Source: Candidatus Nanopusillus sp.
GTDB lineage: Archaea; Nanobdellota; Nanobdellia; Nanobdellales; Nanobdellaceae
DNA: 28,405 nucleotides
Assembly: GCA_046533775.1 (NCBI GenBank)
Contig: JAWDOO010000006.1
Coordinates: 1 to 28,405 of the forward strand
Direction of reading: 5' to 3'
Part shown: positions 9,058-16,688 of the stretch, piece by piece
Position numbering within the stretch: the stretch's first letter is position 1
Layout of the letters: each line of letters opens with the position of its first letter
Made by a program: the position numbers and the translations under genes
The notes under the pieces: model-generated
Databases searched by the model: none
What the model saw: the letters and a program-made list of their open reading frames with translations, nothing else
Told to the model about the DNA's origin: nothing

Positions 9058-10140
9058 ATGGATGTTGAAGAACTTGAATTACAAATGTTAATAGAAGAAT
9101 TAAGTAAATATAATGGTAGAGCTACAGAACTAATTTCATACTATATACCAGCTGGATATGATTTAACCAAGGTTCTAGACCATTTAAGTTATGAATATTC
9201 AACTGCACAAAACATTAAGGATAAAAATACCAGACAGCATGTAATGGATGCATTGGCAAAAATTATAAATTATTTAAAGGGATTAAAAAAACTTCCTGAG
9301 AGGGGTTTAGTAGTATTCTGTGGAAATATTTCAAATAGACCGGGAGATGTTGATATAAGGTTATGGGCAATAGAACCTCCAGACAAATTAAATATTAGAT
9401 TGTATAGATGTGATTCTAGATTTGTATTAGATCCGTTAAAAGAACTAATATCTCCAAAACAAATATATGGATTAATTGTTTTAGATAGAGGAGAAGCTTC
9501 TATAGGAGTATTAAAAGGTAATCAACTAATAGTATTAGAAAATAAACAATCATGGGTTCCTGGTAAAATAAGAGCAGGAGGACAATCTTCTGTAAGATTT
9601 CAAAGACTAATAGAACAAGATGTTCATTTATGGTTAAAATATTTAGCAGATGAAATTAGAAACTATTTTGAAAAAGATTTAGATAAATTGGTTGGTATTT
9701 TAGTAGGAGGACCTGGATTGCTTAAAGAACAATTTGTTAACGGAGATTATTTACCATATAATATTAAACAAAAAATTCTAGGTGTATATGATACAGCATA
9801 TTCAAATGAATATGGGTTAAAAGAATTATTGGAAAGGGCAAAAGATGTATTAGAAAAAACAGAATATGTAAAAGAAATAGAATTAACAAAATTATTTTTT
9901 GAACATCTTGGAAAAGGTACTGGTCTAGTAGTTTATGGATTTGATGATGTAAAAAAAGCATTAGAAATTGGTGCAGTAGATACAATATTAATATCTGAAG
10001 ATTATAAAGATAAAATTAAGGAATTAATGGATTTAATAAGACAAACAAATGCAAAAGTTGAAATAATATCAAAAAATCATCCTGAAGGAGAACAATTTTC
10101 AAACTTTAAAATAGGTGCAATATTAAGATTTAAAATATGA
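9058..10140 (+). CDS. prf1: Peptide chain release factor aRF1
   Basis: GGQ motif (RAGGQSSVRFQRL), YxCxxxF (YRCDSRF), and an NIKS-position motif that reads NIKD (9211-9222). At 360 aa it is short for aRF1. Confidence 0.9.
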   Translation: MDVEELELQMLIEELSKYNGRATELISYYIPAGYDLTKVLDHLSYEYSTAQNIKDKNTRQHVMDALAKIINYLKGLKKLPERGLVVFCGNISNRPGDVDIRLWAIEPPDKLNIRLYRCDSRFVLDPLKELISPKQIYGLIVLDRGEASIGVLKGNQLIVLENKQSWVPGKIRAGGQSSVRFQRLIEQDVHLWLKYLADEIRNYFEKDLDKLVGILVGGPGLLKEQFVNGDYLPYNIKQKILGVYDTAYSNEYGLKELLERAKDVLEKTEYVKEIELTKLFFEHLGKGTGLVVYGFDDVKKALEIGAVDTILISEDYKDKIKELMDLIRQTNAKVEIISKNHPEGEQFSNFKIGAILRFKI

Positions 10141-11417
10141 TAGATTATGATAAAATATTATCTAAAATAAAACCATCTGAAGAAGAAAAAAGGAAAGTAT
10201 ATAGTATAATAAATGAATTTTTTGATATATTAAGATCAAATAATTTAGAACCATTTTTGGGAGGATCATTTGCAAAGGATACATGGATAAAAAATGATTT
10301 TGATGTAGATACATTCTTATTATTTAAAGATGATAAAAATATATCTAATATTGTTGAAAATGTATTAAAGAAAGAGAATTTAGATTATATAAGGATAAAA
10401 GGTTCTAGGGATTATTTTAGAGTAAGTTATAAAGGTTTAATATTTGAATTAGTCCCAATATTAAAGATAAATGATATAAAGGAAGCTAAAAATACTACAG
10501 ATTTATCTCCGTTTCATGTTAAATATGTAATAAGTAAATTAAATGAAAAAATGAAGGATGAAGTTAGATTACTAAAATTATTTACAAAAAATATAAATGT
10601 TTATGGAGCTGAATCTTATGTTAGAGGATTTTCTGGGTATGCAATAGAATTAATATTAATAAATTATGGGTCTTTTGAAAATACAATAAAAAATGTATCT
10701 AATTGGAGGCCAAAAGTAATAATAGATTTGGAAAAATATTATAAAAACTATGATGAAATAAAGAAAAATTTATCTAAAGATAAAATAAAATCTCCAATAA
10801 TAATAATTGATCCAACTGATAAATATAGAAATGTTGCAGCTTCAGTTTCTTTACAAAAATTTTCAGAATTTATATATTATTCTAGGATATTTTTATTATC
10901 TGAAGATAAGGAAAAATTCTTCTTTAATAAAATATACATGAATTATGATGAAATAAAAAGATTGGCTGAAAAATATAATGTAAATATGATATATTTAAAA
11001 ATTGAAGGAAATTCAAATAATAAAGATATAAAAAATAGTAAAGCTTTATCTTTATTTAATAATATTAAAAAATGGATAAATAATATTGGATTCAAAATTT
11101 TCAATTACTATTATTTTTTCGATGAAAATTATTTATATGGTTATATATTATATTATCCAGATAAATTACCAGAATATGAAATAAGAGAGGGTCCATTATT
11201 ATGGGAAGAAAAAGATTATAATAGATTTTATGAAAAACATAAGAATGAAGAATTAATAATTAGAAATGGAAAAATATATGCAGTTACAAAGAGAAAAATA
11301 AACGATATATATAAAGCATTAGAATTCATAATAAACAATTATAAAAATAGTATTAGGAAAAAAGTTAAGTATTTATATATTAATATAGGAGAAAAAGAAA
11401 TTGAAATTAAATATTAG
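10137..11417 (+). CDS. cca: CCA-adding enzyme (archaeal class I tRNA nucleotidyltransferase)
   Basis: GGSFAKDTWIKNDFDVDTFLLF (GS..DxD nucleotidyltransferase signature) and RGFSGYAIELL. The 426-aa length is typical. ATGA overlap with prf1. Confidence 0.85.
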   Translation: MIDYDKILSKIKPSEEEKRKVYSIINEFFDILRSNNLEPFLGGSFAKDTWIKNDFDVDTFLLFKDDKNISNIVENVLKKENLDYIRIKGSRDYFRVSYKGLIFELVPILKINDIKEAKNTTDLSPFHVKYVISKLNEKMKDEVRLLKLFTKNINVYGAESYVRGFSGYAIELILINYGSFENTIKNVSNWRPKVIIDLEKYYKNYDEIKKNLSKDKIKSPIIIIDPTDKYRNVAASVSLQKFSEFIYYSRIFLLSEDKEKFFFNKIYMNYDEIKRLAEKYNVNMIYLKIEGNSNNKDIKNSKALSLFNNIKKWINNIGFKIFNYYYFFDENYLYGYILYYPDKLPEYEIREGPLLWEEKDYNRFYEKHKNEELIIRNGKIYAVTKRKINDIYKALEFIINNYKNSIRKKVKYLYINIGEKEIEIKY

Positions 11418-11451
11418 TTACACTTTTAAAAAATAATAAAAAAATTTTTAT

Positions 11452-12144
11452 ATGGGTAAAATTTCTACTGGAATATATCCTATAGATAAATTATTAGATG
11501 GAGGTATTGAAACAGATATTATTACATCATTTTATGGTCCTTCTGCATCTGGAAAAACAAATATTGCAATAATAAGTTCCTACAATATTTCTAGATTGGG
11601 AAAAAAAGTAATATATATAGATACAGAAGGTGGTTTTTCTTTTGAAAGATTAAAACAAATTGCAAAGGAAGATTTTGAGAATGTAATGAAAAATATATTA
11701 TTATATAAGCCTGTAAATTTTTCTGAACAAAAAAAGGCAATATATTTAACATATGATTATGTAAAAAAGAATTCTAATGATATTGGGTTAATTGTTGTAG
11801 ATTCTATATCAATGCTATATAGATTAGAAAGAGGTGATAGCAATGTAAATGAAGTAAATATAGAACTTGCAAAACAATTACAAATATTTTCAGAAATTTC
11901 TAGGAAATATAATATACCAGTTCTAGTTATAAATCAAGTATATTCGTTATTTGATAATAAAGATACAATTGGAATTGTTGGGGGTGATTTAATAAAATAT
12001 TGGTCAAAGTGTTTAGTTGAATTGAGAATTTTAGATAATAATATTAGGGAAGCAATATTAAGAAAGCATAGATATTTACCAGAGGGAATATCTGTAAAAT
12101 TTAAAATAGTAAATGATGGAATTATTGAATATAAAGAAGTCTAA
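11452..12144 (+). CDS. radB: RadB-type recombinase paralogue (RadA core without the N-terminal HhH domain)
   Basis: LLDGGIETDIITSFYGPSASGKTNIAI (Walker A) and LIVVDSIS (Walker B); 230 aa. Confidence 0.8.
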   Translation: MGKISTGIYPIDKLLDGGIETDIITSFYGPSASGKTNIAIISSYNISRLGKKVIYIDTEGGFSFERLKQIAKEDFENVMKNILLYKPVNFSEQKKAIYLTYDYVKKNSNDIGLIVVDSISMLYRLERGDSNVNEVNIELAKQLQIFSEISRKYNIPVLVINQVYSLFDNKDTIGIVGGDLIKYWSKCLVELRILDNNIREAILRKHRYLPEGISVKFKIVNDGIIEYKEV

Positions 12145-12548
12145 GAATTAAATTTTTTTATTATTTCCTCAGCTTCTTCTTTTGATAATTTATGGGTATT
12201 CCAATTAAATATATTTTTATATCCATTTTCATTATATTGTGGTATTATATGTATATGTGCATGAAATACTGCTTGTCCGGCCTTTTTTCCATTATTTACT
12301 ATTATATTATAATCCTTTGATATTTTTTCTTCAAATAATTTTAAGAACTTTGTAAAACTTTCATAGAAATTCTTTATGTATTCATCATCAATATTTGATA
12401 TCCTATCAAAATGCTTTTTTGGTACAAATAATGTATGTCCTTTATTTATTGGATTTATATCTAAAAAAGCTATAGAATATTCATCTTCATATAATATATA
12501 TGATGGTATTTCTTTATTTATTATCTTACAAAATATACATTCCTCCAT
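12141..12548 (-). CDS. HIT-family (histidine triad) nucleotide hydrolase
   Basis: CIFCKII... N-terminus and HAHIHIIP histidine triad; 135 aa. Its stop codon overlaps the radB stop (CTAA). Confidence 0.88.
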   Translation of the reverse strand: MEECIFCKIINKEIPSYILYEDEYSIAFLDINPINKGHTLFVPKKHFDRISNIDDEYIKNFYESFTKFLKLFEEKISKDYNIIVNNGKKAGQAVFHAHIHIIPQYNENGYKNIFNWNTHKLSKEEAEEIIKKFNS

Positions 12549-12570
12549 AAAAATCTAATATATAAAAATT

Positions 12571-13722
12571 TTATATGTTTAATATTTCTTCTAATACTCT
12601 TTTTATGTCTTCACTATCTGCTACGTATTTAAATTTACTAAATACATTTGAAAAAATAACTTTTTTATCATTAGTATTTAAAGATTTTACATATTCTTCA
12701 ATTTCTTTTCTTAATTCTTCTCTATTTCTTTTATATAAATTATTTTCTCTTATTATATTTTCAATATCCTTATTATATTTAATATAATAATAATATATTA
12801 TTGGAATTGCATTTTTTACGATCTTTTTATCTTTTAAATAATTTTTTATCTTATATATAAAATCTAAATCAAATTTTTCTATTTTTTCTTTAAATAAGTT
12901 TTCTGTATCTCCAATCATTTGAAAGAATAAATAATACACAATATTTGGATCTATATCAAAAGATATTTTTATTATATCATATATATATTCATTCCATATT
13001 ATATTTTCAATTTGTTTATCATTATATCCAAAAGATTTTAATATTTGTTTAATAAATTCTGGATCAATAGAATTTAATATTGTTTTACCTTCATTTAACA
13101 ATTTAATATATAAATCTCTGTCAAATTTTTTTAAATAGTATATATCAAATGTTTCTTTAATATCTCCATAATTTATATAATATCTTATTATATTGTATTC
13201 ATTATCTTCAATAATATCTTTGTTAATATATATATAAGGATGATCTGTTTCAGGATACATCCTTTCAGAGCCAGGTTGAGGTCTTAAAAAAGATGTAGTT
13301 CCATCATCATTTGCCTGTCTAGTATCTTTTGGTACTCTTTTAATTGATTCATTTATTCTATTTATTATTAAACTAAAAACTTTCTTTGCTACTTCATAAT
13401 CTTTTGATATTAATAATATAAAAGCATCCTCATCTGAGCAGTTTAACATTTTTTTAACATTTTTAACTTCTTCTTCAGATATTCCATAGTTTGGTAATTC
13501 ATCTGAATGTAATATCCCTCTTAATCCAAATCTCTTTGCAATATCAGAAAATTCAGTCCCTATTCTTCTATTTGGTAATATTTCAAACCCAATCATTCCT
13601 TTCATTTTATCAAGTTTTATTCCATATACTCTTGCTCCACTATCTATATTATTTTTAACTAGTTTTGATTTTGTTCCCTTAAATATTTCAGTTAAATCAT
13701 ATATCTTAACCTTAAATATCAT
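12571..13722 (-). CDS. gatE: Glu-tRNA(Gln) amidotransferase subunit E, C-terminal portion only (insertion domain, end of cradle, helical and tail domains)
   Basis: GILHSDELPNYGISEEEV, DAFILL and TRQANDDGTTSFLRPQPGSERMYPETD (RMYPETD = residues 154-160, nt 13243-13263) are GatE hallmarks. The ORF is only 383 aa and starts at the insertion domain. No upstream in-frame coding is available because tfe lies 30 nt away. Confidence 0.75.
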   Translation of the reverse strand: MIFKVKIYDLTEIFKGTKSKLVKNNIDSGARVYGIKLDKMKGMIGFEILPNRRIGTEFSDIAKRFGLRGILHSDELPNYGISEEEVKNVKKMLNCSDEDAFILLISKDYEVAKKVFSLIINRINESIKRVPKDTRQANDDGTTSFLRPQPGSERMYPETDHPYIYINKDIIEDNEYNIIRYYINYGDIKETFDIYYLKKFDRDLYIKLLNEGKTILNSIDPEFIKQILKSFGYNDKQIENIIWNEYIYDIIKISFDIDPNIVYYLFFQMIGDTENLFKEKIEKFDLDFIYKIKNYLKDKKIVKNAIPIIYYYYIKYNKDIENIIRENNLYKRNREELRKEIEEYVKSLNTNDKKVIFSNVFSKFKYVADSEDIKRVLEEILNI

Positions 13723-13752
13723 TAAATATAATTTTAAATAAAAAATAAAAAA

Positions 13753-14289
13753 TTATTTTTTACCCTTTGCCTTTGATGCTTTTTCTTTCTTTGCAATCTT
13801 TGAATATTTATTTAATAATATTTGTAAGTTATGTATAATATTTTCCAACTCTATTATTCTAAAATTTTCCTTTTCAGTCAATAATGATCCACATTCTTTA
13901 CATATAAAATCATTTTCATATGCTTCGTCGAAGGTATATGCACTTCCACACTCATTACAATAATATAATGTTTTTGGTGTATTTTTAATTTCTTCATTAA
14001 TTCTATTAATCTCTTTATTAATCAATAAGCTAAATAATTTTTCTTTATCTTGTACTCTATTTCCCCATCTAAAATCAAATTTTCCATTATTATTTATTAT
14101 GCTTATTGGATATACTATATTATTTTCCTCTAATATATATAATAGTTTCCTAATTTCTTCTTCTTTTATCTTTAATTGTCTCTTTATTTCTTTTTCTGTA
14201 AATTCCTTTTTATCTGCTATATATTCTAATATTCTTAAATAGTTTTCATTGAGCAAGTAGCTCATAATACATATAAGGTTTTTTGACAT
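13753..14289 (-). CDS. tfe: Transcription factor E, alpha subunit (TFE)
   Basis: N-terminal winged-helix region (ILEYIADKKEFTEKEI...) followed by a zinc ribbon, YYCNECGS...FICKECGS; 178 aa. Confidence 0.8.
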   Translation of the reverse strand: MSKNLICIMSYLLNENYLRILEYIADKKEFTEKEIKRQLKIKEEEIRKLLYILEENNIVYPISIINNNGKFDFRWGNRVQDKEKLFSLLINKEINRINEEIKNTPKTLYYCNECGSAYTFDEAYENDFICKECGSLLTEKENFRIIELENIIHNLQILLNKYSKIAKKEKASKAKGKK

Positions 14290-14303
14290 TTATAAACATT
14301 GTT

Positions 14304-14395
14304 GATTAACATCATGTTAATCCTATTTAATATAACGTTAATGAATATCTATCTTAAAATTTATAAATATTAACTATATGTTAAATGACGTTAAC
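14304..14395. promoter_or_regulatory. Cluster of GTTAA/TTAAC inverted repeats in the tfe upstream region; candidate operator sites
   Basis: GATTAAC-ATCAT-GTTAATC at 14304-14322 (perfect 7-bp arms); TAACGTTA palindrome at 14333-14340; TTAAC-TATAT-GTTAA at 14370-14384; ACGTTAAC at 14388-14395. All lie within the 112-bp gap between the tatD stop and the tfe start. Confidence 0.4.
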
Positions 14396-14401
14396 AAAAT
14401 A

Positions 14402-15127
14402 TTAATATATAAACTTAGCAAAATTGTTTTGTATAATATTTGATAGTTCTTCTAGATCTATTTTTCTTATATCTGAAATTAATTTATAAAGATTTTTTAA
14501 CATATCTGGATGAAGTATAATGCCTTTATAATTATATGGACCATCAGATTCTGTTATTATATTTTTTAAGTTTGTAATTTCTATATATTTTCTATATTTT
14601 TCATTTACTATTGTTGCAACATTTATTCCTATAAAATATCCTTTATCAATTATCTCTTCTAATAATTTTTCATCCCCGCTATACCAATGAAAATATGCCT
14701 TTTTAATATCATACTTTATTAAAAGATCATATGTATCTTCTGAAGCATTTGGAGTATGAAGATTTATATTTAGATCATATTCTTTTGCTAAATTTAGGAA
14801 TTTTTCAAAAATTTCTTTCTGTTTTTCAAATGTTTCTGGCTTAAATTTTTTATCTAATCCAATTTCTCCAAGTATTTTTATTTTATTATCTTTTATTATA
14901 TCTTCTATTATTTTAAATGTATTTTCATTTATTTTTTCTATATTCCAAGGATGAATTCCTATGGCAGGTATTACATTTTCATTTAATTGAGATAAAATCA
15001 AATTTTTTAATGAAGATTCTAAATCTTCAGAGACTGATAATATTATTATATCTTTATTTTTTATTATTCTCTTAATTTCTATCTCATTGAATTTATATAG
15101 ATGACAATGAGAATCAATATACTTCAT
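14402..15127 (-). CDS. tatD: TatD-family metal-dependent hydrolase/nuclease
   Basis: IDSHCHL (HxH), NLHTPNA, HWYSG and TESDGPY motifs; 241 aa. Confidence 0.85.
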   Translation of the reverse strand: MKYIDSHCHLYKFNEIEIKRIIKNKDIIILSVSEDLESSLKNLILSQLNENVIPAIGIHPWNIEKINENTFKIIEDIIKDNKIKILGEIGLDKKFKPETFEKQKEIFEKFLNLAKEYDLNINLHTPNASEDTYDLLIKYDIKKAYFHWYSGDEKLLEEIIDKGYFIGINVATIVNEKYRKYIEITNLKNIITESDGPYNYKGIILHPDMLKNLYKLISDIRKIDLEELSNIIQNNFAKFIY

Positions 15128-15519
15128 GTTATATTTAATTGTTTGTTTTGATAATATATATTAATTATTGAACAATTATTATCCAATACTATATAATTAC
15201 TATTATTGCATAAATTCAAATTATTATCAGATACTTCACATCCCCAATTATATGCATTTGGATAAGAAATCCAGGATTGATATAATATTGAATTTTTTGA
15301 TACTAGGCAAGTATTACTTAAGTTATTTATAGATAAATTATACTTTGCATATATACATAGATCTTGGCAATATTGTGCAATCTGGTATATTTGATATAAT
15401 TCATTTTGATTTAAGTTTTGGTTATTATTTATTGGATATAACAATGGAGCAATTATAAATCCTAATGCTAATAATATTAATAGTATTAACCCTACTATTA
15501 TAGTTTCTTTTTTATCCAT
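15124..15519 (-). CDS. Small signal-anchored, Cys- and N-X-S/T-rich protein, probably extracellular; unknown function
   Basis: 131 aa. MDKKE is followed by one hydrophobic helix (TIIVGLILLILLALGFIIAPLL), then an N/Y-rich domain with 6 Cys and 5 N-X-S/T sequons (NLS, NLS, NNS, NCS, NIT). ATGA overlap with tatD. Confidence 0.55.
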   Translation of the reverse strand: MDKKETIIVGLILLILLALGFIIAPLLYPINNNQNLNQNELYQIYQIAQYCQDLCIYAKYNLSINNLSNTCLVSKNSILYQSWISYPNAYNWGCEVSDNNLNLCNNSNYIVLDNNCSIINIYYQNKQLNIT

Positions 15520-15550
15520 TAATAAAATTTATTAAAAAGGATTAAAAAAT

Positions 15551-16255
15551 TTAAGGTTTTTTAATTGAATCTCTTAAAGATTTTAATTCTTCTACTGTTT
15601 CTCTTAATTCTTTTGTAGATTCAGATATGGCAGGTATCATTGTTCTTATTAATCTATGTAATGCTTGTATCTCTGTTGTTGCTTCTTGCATTCCTTTATC
15701 ATATTCTTCTAATTTTTTAGTTGCTAAATTATTTATTTCAGTTATCTTATTATCTAATTTATCAATCTGTTCTTGCATTTTATTAATAAGATATTCTACT
15801 TTCTCTTTCCATATTTTTATTTGTGATAATTCATCATTTACTTCATTCAATTTATCTTTTAATATTTCATTTATTGTATTGTTTATATATTGTTCAAGTT
15901 TTTCATCTATAGAAAAACTACTTTGTCCAAATTCTGGTTGACTTTGAATTTGTTGTTGTGTTGGTGGTGGAAATTGATTTGGACTTGGATTTGGTTGTGG
16001 AGGTAAGTTCCAGGACTGATTAAATTGACTTGGAGTACTTTGTTGTAATGGCATTTGTTGATTTGTTTGACCAAAAGAAAAATTCTGATAATTATTTGCT
16101 ATAGGATTAATATTATTACTTTGCTGAAATTGATTGAATAACCCATTATTTTGTTGCATTTGATTATTAAAGTCCTGAAATAGGTTGTCTAAATTCTGTT
16201 GGTCACCCTGATCTTTATTACCTTTCTTACTAAATATACCAAGGAAGCTTCTCAT
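15551..16255 (-). CDS. Q/N-rich low-complexity protein with a ~110-aa C-terminal coiled coil; unknown function
   Basis: 234 aa. It has MRSFLGIFSKKG, then ~100 aa dominated by Q/N/P/F (NQFQQSNNINPIANNYQNF...PPQPNPSPNQFPPPTQQQ), then heptad-like helices (IDEKLEQYINNTINEILKDKLNEVNDELSQIK...LRETVEELKSLRDSI). Confidence 0.6.
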   Translation of the reverse strand: MRSFLGIFSKKGNKDQGDQQNLDNLFQDFNNQMQQNNGLFNQFQQSNNINPIANNYQNFSFGQTNQQMPLQQSTPSQFNQSWNLPPQPNPSPNQFPPPTQQQIQSQPEFGQSSFSIDEKLEQYINNTINEILKDKLNEVNDELSQIKIWKEKVEYLINKMQEQIDKLDNKITEINNLATKKLEEYDKGMQEATTEIQALHRLIRTMIPAISESTKELRETVEELKSLRDSIKKP

Positions 16256-16287
16256 AATTCTTAATAAAAATATTGAATATTATAAAT

Positions 16288-16650
16288 TTAATCTTTCTGA
16301 TTGTATAGGTTATCAAGATATTCCATAATTTTTTCTTTTACTAATTTATCCAGTTCTTTCTTAGTAACAAAATCAAAAGGATTCATGTAATCTAGAATAG
16401 AGTTTATAATTTTTAATTGATCTGTAGTAGCAAAATTTGATAATTCATCAGTTATTGCCTTTATTTTTATTTCTATATCGTTTATTTCTTGTTTTATATC
16501 ATTTATTTCTTTCTTAATATTTTCTATCTCTAATTTAAAATCATCTAAAGAACTTCTGGTAGTTACATCCATAGTCTGTAATATATTATTAAATATTGAA
16601 ATTTTCTCTTCTAAATATTTTAATCTCCTAAGTGTCTCTGGATCATTCAT
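16288..16650 (-). CDS. Small coiled-coil protein; unknown function
   Basis: 120 aa with repetitive heptad-like sequence (EIENIKKEINDIKQEINDIEIKIKAITDEL). It is transcribed divergently from the FlaI-like ATPase, 38 bp away. Confidence 0.55.
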   Translation of the reverse strand: MNDPETLRRLKYLEEKISIFNNILQTMDVTTRSSLDDFKLEIENIKKEINDIKQEINDIEIKIKAITDELSNFATTDQLKIINSILDYMNPFDFVTKKELDKLVKEKIMEYLDNLYNQKD

Positions 16651-16688
16651 AGTAAAACTATTATATTTTAATATATATTAATCTTTAT
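16651..16688. promoter_or_regulatory. Putative back-to-back TATA boxes (bidirectional promoter, leaderless transcripts)
   Basis: TTATATTTTA (16661-16670) lies ~26 nt upstream of the ATG at 16689. ATATATATTA (16671-16680) lies ~26 nt upstream of the minus-strand ATG at 16650. This is weak evidence because the whole region is AT-rich. Confidence 0.3.

Noticed and set aside
9058-10140. Possibility that the NIKD variant of aRF1 signals a reassigned stop codon
   Set aside because: TAA, TGA and TAG all terminate conserved genes at the expected lengths within this window, and no conserved gene shows an in-frame stop.
15124-15519. The 131-aa signal-anchored protein as a type IV pilin
   Set aside because: The junction before the hydrophobic helix is KKE-T. 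It lacks the small G/A/S residue at -1 and the conserved pilin N-domain pattern seen in the true pilin-like ORF at 28328. It is better described as a signal-anchored ectodomain protein.
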